Assembly (NCBI GenBank): GCA_963843375.1 | Contig: CAWJKT010000014.1 | Location: 96,001-160,000, forward strand | Length of the DNA stretch: 64,000 nt | Direction: 5' to 3' | From: an uncultured Pseudomonadota bacterium | GTDB taxonomy: Bacteria > Oederibacteriota > Muellerivitia > Muellerivitales > Muellerivitaceae | Shown: positions 29,201 to 40,268 of the stretch, one piece after another | Position numbering within the stretch: position 1 is the first letter of the stretch | Layout: the number at the start of each line of letters is the position of its first letter | The notes under the pieces: model-generated | Told to the model about the DNA's origin: nothing | Databases searched by the model: none | What the model saw: the letters and a program-made list of their open reading frames with translations, nothing else | Made by a program: the position numbers and the translations under genes

Positions 29201-31621
29201 CTATCGGATCAAAAGTAACCTTTTCAATTTTTGACTGAAAGGTTCTACGAGATAGAGGATGTAAACCCCGCTGGCGCATTTATCCCCATATTTGTTGGTG
29301 CCGTCCCAATGATAGGACTGGCTGAAGGGGGCGCTTAAAACCTGGTTATCCAGGGTCTTGATATGTTCTCCCGCGCTGTTATAAATCCACAGACTGTAAT
29401 TCCCTGGAAATTGAGAGTATTGAACAAATATGGAAACCGGACTGTCATTCGTGGCGTTATAGACGTTTTGCGCCACATAGAAGGTGTCGATATTAGGGAT
29501 CGGTGTAGGTGTTAGGGTGGGGGTAAATGTAATGGTGGCGGTAGCTGTATTCGTTGGTGTTTGGGTTGGAGTGCTGGTGATTTTCGGCGTAGGTGATGGG
29601 GTGGCGGTAGGAGTTTGGGTGGGTGTGCTGGTTATACATCCACTGTTGACCGTAAGGTTGACCGAGTTGGATTGAACCGTTGAAACCCCGCCGTCACCCG
29701 TCACGTCAGCAACATTAACGGATGTACCGCAGGTGACGACCGCCGACAAGGTAATGGCCCCGGTTAGATTGTAAGTGGTCACCGGATGAGTTCCGCCCAA
29801 GTCCCATTCCAGGTAATTGCCAGTTTCCTGGGTGGGGGACTGTGGGGTAGAGGAAACAAAGGTTTCGGCTGTGGGGAGAGTATCCCAAAGGCGGGGATTT
29901 ACAACTGGCGAGGGTCCATAAAGTTTCAGGTTCGAATAATAGTCCGTTGAAGCTGTTCCATCCGCCTGCCAGCCCATTTGGTAAGTTCCACCGTCAATCG
30001 GGGTGCAGGGAAGAGGACTCGAGTCGTTGACGTTGATGCTCCAGGTAGTCGGTTCGGGAGCGCTTTGAGGCCACACCTTTGCCTGGAAGTTCAGGACGCC
30101 GGCGTTGTAGGTAACCAAAACTTTTACCGTATACCAAACTCCGTACGTGATTGTGGTGCCGATCGATGAATCACATGGTGTGGCAGGGAAAGTAACGGTT
30201 CCCGTCTCGGAACTGTTTTTTTGAATGAATAAATTCCCTGGACCGCAATCTATGGAAATCCCAACCATATATGCGTCGTTGACTCCAGGGGCCTTCAAAT
30301 TATCGGCGATGACCATGGTGGCGTCGGCGCCTGGGGCGGCACCGGTAGGGATATACATACTGCCTTCCACCATGAAATTGTTGCAAAGATTGACGACGGG
30401 GAGATTCCGAAGCAGTGTTGGAAAATTATTCACAGTGGTGCCTGAGTTACAGGTGCTATAAGCGCAAGCCTGGATAGCGTTGTTTCCGGAACCAGCTGGG
30501 TCAGGTTCGACCGTAAAACCGCCCATCCCTCCGGTGTTGGTGTAGGTGTACCCAGTTCCGTCATATCCTTGTATGGACCCGTTGGAAGTTCCTGTTGTCT
30601 GGTTGTCATAGTTGTCGTCAACCTGGAGACTTTCCCCGCTGACCTGGTAACTAAGGGTATAAGTCACGGTTTGGCCGCTGCTCAAAGAGGTTTCGGATTC
30701 ACTTTTTAATAATGTAAAACCCCCAACCCCGATGTTGACCTGGGCTTCATTTGAGGTTACTGTTCCGGCCGTCGAGGAAGTAGCGGTGGCGGTGTTCGTG
30801 ATAATTGTACCGGAGGCAACGCCGCTATTTACTTTGGTTAAAAACCAGACCGCGCCCGATTGCGGCGACAAAGTCGCCGGCAGGACCCAGGTAATAGTGC
30901 TCCCGTTTAAGGTGCCACCGGGACTGATAGAACCTGAGGTGGCCGCCAAAGCGGTTCCTCCAGGGATGGTTTCGGTAATGGTCACCGGTCCTGTGTTGAC
31001 ATAAGTGTAATTAACATTGAAAAGCACCAGGTCCCCGGGATTGGCCGAACTCCCGTCCGCTACATCTACCAATGTGATATTAGCCGGAGGATAGGGAAGA
31101 GTCACGGTAGTGGTGGCGGTGGAAAGGACCCCGCCAGCGCATTGGACATAATAGGCTCCAGCGGAAATATCCAGGTTGTAAGTTCCCCCGCTTAGATTGG
31201 TGGGGATGGTGACGTTAAAAACTTGGGTATAGGGGCAAGGTGGTGGGGTATTGGGAACCGGCACGCCTGCCCAACCATTCCCCCCCGGATCCGAAGCGTC
31301 ATCCTGACTGGATGAAACACTACTGACACCGGTTGGCGTCGTACCGCCATCTACTAAAAGAACCTGGTTAGCCGCCGGACAGGATTGAATGGTGGTGGAA
31401 CTTGAGTTTAAAGCTACAAGCCAGTAAGGCGTCACGTTTGCGTTGGCGCAATAAACCACCGTAACGGCGACCACCGAACCTGGAGCGGGGTTGTTATTGG
31501 AAATGGAAATACTATTAATAGTTACTTGGGCTAGGGCAAAATGGGCCATTAAGTAGAATGGAAAGAAGTAAAGAAAACTTTTTTTGAAACGTTTTAAATT
31601 AAACAAAGGGCCTTGGATCAA
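29201..31621 (-). CDS. Secreted protein with DUF11-like repeats, TPT linker and FlgD-Ig-like CTD
   Basis: Signal peptide, PGDLVLFNVNY/ITETIPGGT DUF11-like motifs, CTD IYNSAGEHIKTL...WDGTNKYG...SGVY. Confidence 0.8.
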   Translation of the reverse strand: MIQGPLFNLKRFKKSFLYFFPFYLMAHFALAQVTINSISISNNNPAPGSVVAVTVVYCANANVTPYWLVALNSSSTTIQSCPAANQVLLVDGGTTPTGVSSVSSSQDDASDPGGNGWAGVPVPNTPPPCPYTQVFNVTIPTNLSGGTYNLDISAGAYYVQCAGGVLSTATTTVTLPYPPANITLVDVADGSSANPGDLVLFNVNYTYVNTGPVTITETIPGGTALAATSGSISPGGTLNGSTITWVLPATLSPQSGAVWFLTKVNSGVASGTIITNTATATSSTAGTVTSNEAQVNIGVGGFTLLKSESETSLSSGQTVTYTLSYQVSGESLQVDDNYDNQTTGTSNGSIQGYDGTGYTYTNTGGMGGFTVEPDPAGSGNNAIQACAYSTCNSGTTVNNFPTLLRNLPVVNLCNNFMVEGSMYIPTGAAPGADATMVIADNLKAPGVNDAYMVGISIDCGPGNLFIQKNSSETGTVTFPATPCDSSIGTTITYGVWYTVKVLVTYNAGVLNFQAKVWPQSAPEPTTWSINVNDSSPLPCTPIDGGTYQMGWQADGTASTDYYSNLKLYGPSPVVNPRLWDTLPTAETFVSSTPQSPTQETGNYLEWDLGGTHPVTTYNLTGAITLSAVVTCGTSVNVADVTGDGGVSTVQSNSVNLTVNSGCITSTPTQTPTATPSPTPKITSTPTQTPTNTATATITFTPTLTPTPIPNIDTFYVAQNVYNATNDSPVSIFVQYSQFPGNYSLWIYNSAGEHIKTLDNQVLSAPFSQSYHWDGTNKYGDKCASGVYILYLVEPFSQKLKRLLLIR

Positions 31622-31672
31622 CAGGGAACCTCCAGAAACTGGTGAAGAGGGCGCCGGTAAAGCAAAAGTTGC

Positions 31673-33011
31673 TTAGCGAATCAGCATTATTCTCTTAAGT
31701 TTAACGCCAAACGGCTCGACGAGGTAAAAAATATATATTCCACTGGCACATCTTTCATTGTACTTGTTGGTCCCGTCCCATAAGTACGATTTAACAATGG
31801 GATTACCGAGATTTTGAGAATCCAGGGTTTTAATATGTTCTCCCGCCGAATTGTAGACCATTAAAGAATAGTTACCGGGATAAAGCGCATAAGCTACAAA
31901 AATGGAAACGGGGCCATTAGCAGGGTTGAAAGCGTTTTCCGAAACATAAAAGGTATCGGCCGGAGTGGGGGTTGGGGTGCAAGTATTACCGGGATATCCG
32001 CAAGGAGTGGGGGTTGAAGTAGGAGTAAAAGTGTTCGTGGGGGTAAAAGTATTGGTTGGAGTGAAGGTATTGGTGGGGGTATTGGTAAGAGTTGGGGTGC
32101 TGGGTGGGCGTGCTGGAGGAAGTCGGTGTTGCCGTTAAGGTGGGAGTAAAAGTGTTGGTCGGGGTAAAAGTGAAAGTGGGACTGAGCGTATTGGTTGGCG
32201 TATAGGTGATGGTGGGTGTATTGGTGAATGTAAAAGTGGTAGTGAGGGTTGGGGTCAGGGTTGGGGTAAAAGTCGGGGTTAAAGTGAAGGTCGAGGTTGG
32301 GGTTGGGGTAAAAGTGGGTGTTGGTATGGTAATTAATTCTCTCCAGTAGAGAATTCCGCAAGATCCCGGCACATTTCCCGAGGCGTTATAGGAAACAGGC
32401 GGAATTAAAGCGCCCGTGATGGGATTATATATAAACGGGGCAAAAGTGGTGCCTGTTACAGGGGCTCCTGTTTCCGTAAAGGGGCTGGATACGGGATTAT
32501 ATAGGTAGGAAAACCAAGGATTGCCACTGCCGTCCACGGTCGGCGGGGCTGCGCCTGCGCCCGAACAGCTGGATCCGGCTCCCGCTCCATTAGGGTCAAA
32601 ATAAAGGGGGATCGTGGGATAGGTTTGGCTGGAGATCACCCACTGGAATCCACTGGTGCAGGTTATTTCCAGTTCCCAAGCGCTGAATACTAGGTCGGGA
32701 TTGATGTTGTCCGTTTCAACGGCAAGGAGCACATTTTGGCCCTCATCGAAATCAGAAGTTGGAACCGGCACAGGGGTTGGCACGCATCCGGAGCCGCAGT
32801 ATGGAAAAGTGACTCCTGAGGTGGTGTTGGTCACGGGGAATCCATTGACCCAGGCGTAAGTATTGTCATCCCCCGATTCGAGAAATTGGGCCGAGGCAGG
32901 AGTGCATTGGGCCTGGGTCGAATGTGGGATTGAAAATAATAATGCGCAACCCGTCAAAAGGAATAGGTGAAAATATCCTTTCCGTTCGGATTTCAATTTT
33001 TTCCTCGGCAA
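31673..33011 (-). CDS. Secreted Cys-containing protein with TPT linker and FlgD-Ig-like CTD (frameshift at ~32103)
   Basis: Signal peptide; removing one base at ~32103 restores TPT repeats and joins DTFYVSENAFNP...YNSAGEHIKTL...WDGTNKY CTD paralogous to neighbour. Confidence 0.75.
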
Positions 33012-33182
33012 GGTTTTTCCTTTGGATGGCTTATTTATAAGGTTTGAAATTAAACAACAGGTTGGAAAAAATTCAAAGCCAGTTCCTCTTAAATTATTTT
33101 ACCGCATTTTTTAAATCTATAACTAAAACCCTTTAAACCATGCAATTGAAAGCGGTCCCATTGGCGTAATACGTAGCGGGGT

Positions 33183-34705
33183 TTATAACCACCCCTCATT
33201 CATCAAGATACTTTGGAGTTGAGGATCGTTTGCGGATAAGGGAGGGAGCCATACTCCTAAATCCCTTCTTTCCCACCATTGGCCATTGGGATGGCTTAAT
33301 GGAGCGAATTGATAGCGGAAAAGACGGATGCGTATATAAGTGGGCGCTTCACCGGGAAAAGGATTCCCCGCCAAAAGGGTTAGGGCCAACGGGTCGTTAT
33401 GGAGGAGTTTCCAAACAAGATTATAAACCCATGGATATTGGTTAGGTTCGGACATTGCGGCAAACCAGACCTGCCAGTCCAGGCGATATTGATAAGGCGA
33501 ACAGACACATGGTCGCCGATAAAGATTTCCCGGCTGGCATTTGAAATCATAGGGAATCCAAACGGTTTCCGGGGTTACGACCTGGGCGGTCGTCCCTTCC
33601 AAGACCAACTGAAGGCGTTCCCGGCCTACCGATCCAAAGGCCCCATAGGTGTTCACGAGGTGCAGGGATTCAAAGGACGTGTTCATTGCCTGATTGGAAG
33701 AAAATAAATTCAAGACGGGATTTACGCTTAAAAAGGCGATTAAAGCCGTGAGGCCCCAGGCGGCAAATTGGGAAGAGGGGCTTTTTTTGGATTTATAGAT
33801 TGCGATGTGGGCTTTCTCCACCAGGGGGCGTGGCAAAAGGTGATTCCAGAATCCGTCATCAAAACAACTCAGAATTGGAACCAGGGTCAACCAGTTTAAA
33901 AATGAAAGGTTACCACTCAAAATAAGGATGATTTGAAAGGCAGCCATGAGACATCCCGCTGCCGTGCGGATACGCCCCCCGAGGAGGACGCCCCAAGGCG
34001 CAATGAGTTCCGCCAAAAAATTGTAAAGGACTCCGGCTTTGTGGAACCAAAGGGGCATGAAATGAAAATAAGGGCTTAAGGGGTTGGGTATGGGTTGGGT
34101 TTCGTAATGGTACTTCAAGCAGGTCAAATCCCTCCAACAGGAATCACCCCTTATTTTTTGATAAGTCCGGAACCCAGCATGATCCGGAATATAAGCCACC
34201 GGAAAAGCCAGATGACCTGTAAGGGTGGAGGGGATTTAGGAAAGGGGCGCCCGTCGATAATGGGAACCAAAAATATGGCGAGAAAGCCGGTTTCCAATAA
34301 TTGAATTTCCCAGCCATAACCGTACCACTCCTGCCCGATATGCACGAAGGAAAGGTACAGGGCCCAGAGGAATAACAATAAAAGGCCGTTGGCGAAACCC
34401 GCTAATACCAAAAATGAAAAAAGGACACCGACCCAAGCGGCTACTACCATAAAACCATCCGTGTGCCAAAACCAGAAGAGGGATGGCAAATGAAGGAAAC
34501 CTTGACCCAAGGAGCCTGCTTCCGCTTGGAATCGCGAAAGGAAGATCAGGGCGGGAGTGAGTCCTTTTTCCCCTATGAGCGCTTTCAACTGTTGAGCGAG
34601 GGAAAGAAAGGCAACGAAATAAACGAGTCCCAACAGCCGCAGAATCATGAAGCGGGTCAACCAGTACGTCGGTTTGGTTGATGGGAATTTGAATTCGTCC
34701 ACCAT
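33183..34705 (-). CDS. Lipase maturation factor (LMF) family membrane protein (frameshift at ~34155)
   Basis: LRLLGLVY..AF, YGYGWEIQLLETGF, GLIK|IRGD..WRDLT..YHYETQPIP, YRLDWQVWF; break in an A-run. Confidence 0.85.
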
Positions 34706-34748
34706 GGTTTATTATTTTACTTCAAACTTAAACGATAGCGAGGGAAGG

Positions 34749-34766
34749 CTATACCGAATCTTTACC
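34749..34766 (+). promoter_or_regulatory. 11-bp-period direct-repeat box CTATACCGAATCTTTACC (OmpR/PhoB-type)
   Basis: Same motif at 40130, 40152, 46772 and reversed at 46611; ~105 bp upstream of 34873 operon. Confidence 0.6.
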
Positions 34767-34872
34767 TTATTTGGCACCGCTTTTTTTCCCGAATTTGTAT
34801 GCCGGGACGTGATATGGAATCATGTGATAGGATAAAACCATTAAGCAGGGCCGATTTAAACTAAGGGTATTT

Positions 34873-36057
34873 ATGCGATTTTGCTGTGAAATTTCAAAAT
34901 TGAAGCTGGTTTTTTTTCTAACTTTAGGATTTATAACCCCGTTTTTTGCCTGGGCTCAGTGTCCTAATAATCCTGCCCTCACCCCGACCGCTTGGGCTGG
35001 AGCCGGAGTCACCGCCAATTATTCTGGCGGGGATTACACGGTCGTTGGCACCGGAGAAAATGAGTATGGTCAGGATTATGAAACTGGATACACTGATTCA
35101 ATAACTATGGTGGGAGATGGACAAATACAGACAGAGGTCACAAGCATTACGGGCTATATGAATTTTGACACTTCATCCGGGATTTTTATCCGAGGTGGTA
35201 CTAACGCCGGCGCGGATGGAGGTCTCCTATGGATAGGAGGGTCGTCAAGTTCCCAATATCAATTGGCTGAGAGGATCAATGATCAGGCTTTAACCCAAAT
35301 CCAGTCCGGATCTGCTTCTCTCCCTTATTGGCTTCGTCTACAAAATTCGGGAGGGATCCTCTATCCCTCGATTTCCACTAACGGGAGTACTTGGACCTCC
35401 TTGCCGGTTTTGAACCTAATTGGCGATTCTGAATTTGCCGCGGGCAGTACCTTGACTTACGGATTAATGGTCTGGAGTGGAAGTGTCAGTGCCAGTCAAC
35501 CTACCACGGCTATTTTTGAAAATGTTTGCGTGACCTCCATCTCTCCGATCCCCACTTACACCCCGATTCAAACGATCACTTCCACCAGCACTTTCACTCC
35601 GAGCTTCACCTCGACTTTGACACCGGTCCAAACCTTCACTCCCACTTCAACTTTCACGTCCAGCTTTACCTTTTCCGCGACCAATTCACCCACTATCACC
35701 AACACGCCTACGATTACTCCCAGTCCCACCAATACCCTAAGCCCCCAACCTACCGAGACGCCCACCATTACGGCCACTCCTCCTCCCGGTGTTAAGGTCT
35801 GGCCAAATCCCTTCACGCCCTTGCTTCCCACTAACACCATCACCCATTTCTTTTTGCCCGCCAATCATGGCGCGGGACAGTTGTTGATAGCTGACTTGAA
35901 AAGGAAATTGGTTCGTTCATTGGATTTTGGGGCGGTGGTGGATGTTCAATGGGACGGTAAAGATAATGGGGGCAATGTCGTTCCATCGGGAGTTTATCTT
36001 TATCTTTTGGAATCGAGCGGAACGGTTCAACGGGGAACCATCACCGTGATGCGATGA
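34873..36057 (+). CDS. Secreted protein: beta-sandwich (lectin-like) domain, TPT linker, FlgD-Ig-like CTD
   Basis: Signal peptide; PYWLRL...STNGSTW jelly-roll-like motif; VWPNPF...WDGKD...SGVYLY. Confidence 0.8.
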   Translation: MRFCCEISKLKLVFFLTLGFITPFFAWAQCPNNPALTPTAWAGAGVTANYSGGDYTVVGTGENEYGQDYETGYTDSITMVGDGQIQTEVTSITGYMNFDTSSGIFIRGGTNAGADGGLLWIGGSSSSQYQLAERINDQALTQIQSGSASLPYWLRLQNSGGILYPSISTNGSTWTSLPVLNLIGDSEFAAGSTLTYGLMVWSGSVSASQPTTAIFENVCVTSISPIPTYTPIQTITSTSTFTPSFTSTLTPVQTFTPTSTFTSSFTFSATNSPTITNTPTITPSPTNTLSPQPTETPTITATPPPGVKVWPNPFTPLLPTNTITHFFLPANHGAGQLLIADLKRKLVRSLDFGAVVDVQWDGKDNGGNVVPSGVYLYLLESSGTVQRGTITVMR

Positions 36058-37904
36058 AATTTAAAACTCAATCCAACGCCAAGACAGCAAGACGCCAGGA
36101 AAACCTGAAGGTGTTTTGTTTTTGTATGAGAATTGAATTTCTTTTTTTTCTCGTTTTCATCCTGATGAATATTTTTACAATGCCGTTGTGGGCGGCGTTT
36201 TTGGATTTCAGCCCGCCCGCCCGGGAAGCGGCCTTGGGCGGGAACGGGGTGGCTTTGCCGGAAGGTACTTCCAGTTTGGCTTTTAATCCAGCGGGACTTG
36301 GCGATGAAAGCCGTTTCGAGATATCCGCCCGTTATGAGAACCTTTTTTCGGGAATTGAGGGCGACAACCTTTCCACCGGGAACTTGTCGGCGGTTTTTCC
36401 TTTAGAAGTAGGGGATGGGTTAGGTTTTTCCGTGGACCACTTTGGCGCCAATACCCTCCAGCAAGACCAGTTGCAAGCGGCTTTCGGTAAAAGTTTTGAC
36501 ACCAACTCCATTTTCTATCATTTGCGTTTGGGTGTTGATTTGTGCTACTTGCGCCAGCAATTTACCCTTTTGGCTCCATTGGCCGGCGTAAATCCCGCAA
36601 ATGTATCGGCGGGAGCTTTTTCGGTCGGGGCCGGGGCTCTTTACGATATTTTCAAATGGGGAACCCTTGGAATTTCCGTTGAGAACTTAAACCAGCCCAA
36701 CCTCGGGGTGGTGGGCCTTGACATGATCCCTATTCTGCTTCGTTATGGGGTTGCGGTTCGACCGAAGGTTGGGGAGGACCGATTAGCCATCACCCTCGCC
36801 CAATCCTTGAGCGCTGGTTCATTGGATACCCAGGGAGGGGCCGAATGGAATATCACCCGGTGGGGGGTGTCCATAAGAGCTGGAGGCGATGCCAATATGG
36901 GAGTAGCCGGATTTGGATGGCGGACCAATGGATTGACAATTGATTACGCCTACCAATTTTCCTGGAATCAAGCGCCATCCCTCAATGGGGTGGGCCTGCC
37001 CGGAAGCAGTCTTTTAGAAGTTGGATTTAGCTGGGAAAACACCTCGCGGGAAGAAAAGGTTTTCGACGAATTGCTTTTTAAAGGCCGGGAAGCTTTAAAG
37101 CTACAGCAGTGGAAAGACGCTTTTTGGGATTTTCAGCAGGCTTATCTGCTGAACCCCTCCGAACCTTCCGTACTTCAAGGCCGCTCGGAAGCCTTGAAAC
37201 AATACAACCTCCAACGCGCGGATGCTTATTTTCAAGCGGGGGTGAATGCCGAGAACCATGGATATTTCCCGGAAGCCCAAAGGGATTATGATTGGGCCGC
37301 CTCTTTGGCCCCGCAAGAAGGAAGGTATTCGGAAGCTGGGGAGCGGGTAAGAAAATCTTTGACCCAAGGAGCCTTAGAGGATCCAAGGGTAGGGGATATA
37401 CTGGAGAAATCAGTGGCTTTCATGAAATTGGGTGAAAATGGAGCTGCGGTGAAAAAAATCAATGAGGCTCTCGTTCTTTATCCTCGGGACGCTTTTCTCC
37501 AATTTGTCGCCAAGGCCTTCGCCCGAAAAGCCGTACCCGTGGCTGAACGGGAGGATAAAAAATTAGAGCAATTGGCGGCGGAAGCGGAAATTTTCCGGAG
37601 TAAAGGGCGTCTAGACCTGGCCCAGCAAACTTGGCAAGAGATACTTAAAGCGGATCCCAACAATGCGATGGCACGCGAAAACATAGCGGCTAACACCTCA
37701 ACGAGCCCCGCTCAAAACCTTACCGATTCCCAAAAAAACCAGATCCAGGCCCTTTTGCAAAAGGGATTGAAAGATTATGCCAACGGGGACACGGAAGCCG
37801 CTGAAAAGAATTGGGAGTCGGTTCTTCAGATTGACCCTCTCAATGTAAACGCCCTAAATAACTTGACCCGCGTCAAAATGGAGGAAGGTGGCGATCGAAA
37901 GTGA
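36054..37904 (+). CDS. PorV-like beta-barrel fused to C-terminal TPRs
   Basis: PAREAALGG...FNPAGL, ENLNQP, IDYAY, LEVGFSW barrel end, then several TPRs (ILKADPNN, VLQIDPLN); true start may be a later Met. Confidence 0.8.
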   Translation: MKFKTQSNAKTARRQENLKVFCFCMRIEFLFFLVFILMNIFTMPLWAAFLDFSPPAREAALGGNGVALPEGTSSLAFNPAGLGDESRFEISARYENLFSGIEGDNLSTGNLSAVFPLEVGDGLGFSVDHFGANTLQQDQLQAAFGKSFDTNSIFYHLRLGVDLCYLRQQFTLLAPLAGVNPANVSAGAFSVGAGALYDIFKWGTLGISVENLNQPNLGVVGLDMIPILLRYGVAVRPKVGEDRLAITLAQSLSAGSLDTQGGAEWNITRWGVSIRAGGDANMGVAGFGWRTNGLTIDYAYQFSWNQAPSLNGVGLPGSSLLEVGFSWENTSREEKVFDELLFKGREALKLQQWKDAFWDFQQAYLLNPSEPSVLQGRSEALKQYNLQRADAYFQAGVNAENHGYFPEAQRDYDWAASLAPQEGRYSEAGERVRKSLTQGALEDPRVGDILEKSVAFMKLGENGAAVKKINEALVLYPRDAFLQFVAKAFARKAVPVAEREDKKLEQLAAEAEIFRSKGRLDLAQQTWQEILKADPNNAMARENIAANTSTSPAQNLTDSQKNQIQALLQKGLKDYANGDTEAAEKNWESVLQIDPLNVNALNNLTRVKMEEGGDRK

Positions 37905-39313
37905 AGCTGACGACCAAATTTTTCCTTAGCCACGGCGGAGTCGTGGTGGTGTCACTCCTTGTCAGTTTCTTCCTAATATACGAAGGATCCCGTATTCTTT
38001 ATCAGAGACAGGCGAAAATGAGCCAAGCACAGGAAATATCCGATTTCGCCCTGGCTGCCAAGGAGGCCTTGATCCAACATGAGGATGTGGCCGTTTTGAA
38101 CTTCATGCGGACCGTTGTGAAAAATCCTATCGTTGCTTATGCGGCCTATTCGAATCCCTCTTCGGGCACCCATATTGTATTACCGGCTTTATTCCAAAAA
38201 GAATCATTTCCTTCGGAAGAAGAAAAATACGCTTCACCCAATTACCCTTTCCATCGCCGTTTTCAAAGCGGTCTGGAAACACTTGAGTGGACTGCTTCGG
38301 TGCGCTTGGAGAATGGAATTGCGGGCAGGGTCTGGCTGGGTTATTCCCAATCGGCGCTGGAAAAGGATTTGAAAGAACAAACGACAAAGTGGATGGATGT
38401 GGAAATGGAAGCTGGGGCTGCGGCCCTAATGATTGGTTTGTTGGTGTCACTATGGCTGGGCCGTCAAATGGCCTCGCCTTTGAGAAAAATCCGGGATGGC
38501 ACTCATCTTGTCCGTTTTGGAAAACTTGATTCGCTGGTGGAGGTTAATCGCAGGGATGAGATCGGAGATCTTGCCAGGGATTTTAATTCTATGGTGGTGC
38601 AGTTAAAGGAACTGGATGAAATGAAACGGGATTTCGTGTCGGGGGTCACACACGATCTGGGAACGCCCCTTCACGCCATTCGAAGCGCCATTAACTACCT
38701 TCAAGCCGGGGACGCTGGACCTCTAACGGAAAAACAATCCGACTACCTTTTGATGGTTGCCAATAGTACCGCCAACCTGACCGCTTTCATTAACAACCTT
38801 TTAACCACCGCGCGTATCGAAGCCGGCAAGGTCGATCCCTATCCGGAGCCCGTGGACGTTTTCGCCTTGATCAAAGAATTAGTGGATCTTTACCAGCCCC
38901 AAGCCCGGGAAAAAGGGGTCAAACTTACCTTAGCCCGGAAAACCCAGTACATTTCATTAGTCGCCGACGTGACCATGTTCCGCCAAATCGTATTGAATCT
39001 CCTTTCCAATGCCTTGAAATTCACTAACCAGGGTGAAGTGGGTATTTTTTTATCAGAGGAGGATGGAGATTTTCTTTTGGAAGTTCGAGACACGGGTATT
39101 GGAATCGATCCCCAGCACCATCAACTTATTTTCGATAAATTTTATCGGGTTCACCAACCTTCGGGAACTCCCGCTCGCCAGGGAAGCGGTTTGGGGTTGA
39201 CCATTGTTAAGGGCTTAGCCGAGTCCCACGGTGGGAAGGTGACGGTTGAAAGCGCTTTAAACAAGGGAAGTGTATTCAAAGTCGTTCTGCCCAAACAGCC
39301 AAGGCGGTTTTAA
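37901..39313 (+). CDS. HAMP sensor histidine kinase
   Basis: 2 TM, DEIGDLARDFNSM HAMP, THDLGTPL H-box, NLLSNALKF, DTGIG, GSGLGL. Confidence 0.95.
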   Translation: MKLTTKFFLSHGGVVVVSLLVSFFLIYEGSRILYQRQAKMSQAQEISDFALAAKEALIQHEDVAVLNFMRTVVKNPIVAYAAYSNPSSGTHIVLPALFQKESFPSEEEKYASPNYPFHRRFQSGLETLEWTASVRLENGIAGRVWLGYSQSALEKDLKEQTTKWMDVEMEAGAAALMIGLLVSLWLGRQMASPLRKIRDGTHLVRFGKLDSLVEVNRRDEIGDLARDFNSMVVQLKELDEMKRDFVSGVTHDLGTPLHAIRSAINYLQAGDAGPLTEKQSDYLLMVANSTANLTAFINNLLTTARIEAGKVDPYPEPVDVFALIKELVDLYQPQAREKGVKLTLARKTQYISLVADVTMFRQIVLNLLSNALKFTNQGEVGIFLSEEDGDFLLEVRDTGIGIDPQHHQLIFDKFYRVHQPSGTPARQGSGLGLTIVKGLAESHGGKVTVESALNKGSVFKVVLPKQPRRF

Positions 39314-39415
39314 AGAAAAATAAAAAACTGAATAAAATCGGCTGATGATTTTATTCTGAAACGTTTATTCTGAAAAAAGTTTATCTTAATTAAATCCGAA
39401 TTTCTGGAAGTGAAA

Positions 39416-40108
39416 ATGAAACATCCGTCGATTCTCATGATCGAAGACGATCTGTCCGTATCCACCTTGACTCGGGACCTTTTTTCGAAGGAAGGATATG
39501 AGATAAAGACGGTTTCGAACGGTTCGGACGGTTGGAATGCCCTCCAACGAGAGGAGTTTGACCTTTTGGTGTTGGACTTGGGTTTGCCCGACATGAATGG
39601 ATTGGATCTTTGCGCTCGTATTAAGAGGGATCCGGTACATGGCAAATTGCCTGTTTTTATCTTGACGGCTCTGGGTTCTTCTGAGGATATTGTTAGGGGT
39701 CTGGAAGCGGGTGCCGAGGATTATCTTCCCAAGCCCTTTAATGAGCGGGAGTTTCTCGCCCGAGCCAGAGCTATCCTCAGACGTCGGAAGCCCTCAGCGA
39801 CCCAGGATGAACCCCTCGTTTCTGGAAAGATCAAATTATCCCTATCGTCCCATGAAGCCTGGTGTTCGGAAAACCCAATCCAACTTACTTTGCGAGAGTT
39901 TGATATTCTCAGGATATTTCTGGGTAATCCCAGTAAAGCTCTGACGAGGGAGGAGATCGTGAAAATGGCCTGGGGCCCTGCCACAGCCATTGTTCCCAAA
40001 GTCGTTGACGTTCATATCGGCCATTTGAGGTTAAAACTGGGAACGGAAGGTAAAAGAATCGAAACCGTTCCCCAGGTTGGCTATAAGCTCATTCCCCCCA
40101 AGAAATAA
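39416..40108 (+). CDS. OmpR/PhoB-family response regulator
   Basis: IEDD, LDLGLPDMNG, YLPKPF, LTLREF, VDVHIGHLRLKL, GYK. Confidence 0.95.
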   Translation: MKHPSILMIEDDLSVSTLTRDLFSKEGYEIKTVSNGSDGWNALQREEFDLLVLDLGLPDMNGLDLCARIKRDPVHGKLPVFILTALGSSEDIVRGLEAGAEDYLPKPFNEREFLARARAILRRRKPSATQDEPLVSGKIKLSLSSHEAWCSENPIQLTLREFDILRIFLGNPSKALTREEIVKMAWGPATAIVPKVVDVHIGHLRLKLGTEGKRIETVPQVGYKLIPPKK

Positions 40109-40129
40109 TCGTGCCCTGAGGTTAATTTC

Positions 40130-40169
40130 CTATACGGTTTCTTTACCGGTTATATACCGTCTTTTTACC
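40130..40169 (+). promoter_or_regulatory. Four half-sites at exact 11-bp spacing (TATACG, TTTACC, TATACC, TTTACC)
   Basis: Half-sites start at 40131, 40142, 40153, 40164. Confidence 0.65.
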
Positions 40170-40268
40170 CCTCTCGAACTCTTTCAAAAGCTATTTTAAT
40201 TTATCTGTTTTTTGCAAACCGTTAGGTGGTTTGCTGTTTGCTTTTTAATGGAAAGCAAGGACTTTTTT

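Noticed and set aside
29201..31960. Paired similar CTD regions as DGR template/variable repeats
   Set aside because: Differences are not adenine-restricted, both copies are coding, and there is no reverse transcriptase in the window
34771..34790. Sigma54 promoter (TTGGCAC)
   Set aside because: Lacks the -12 TTGC element
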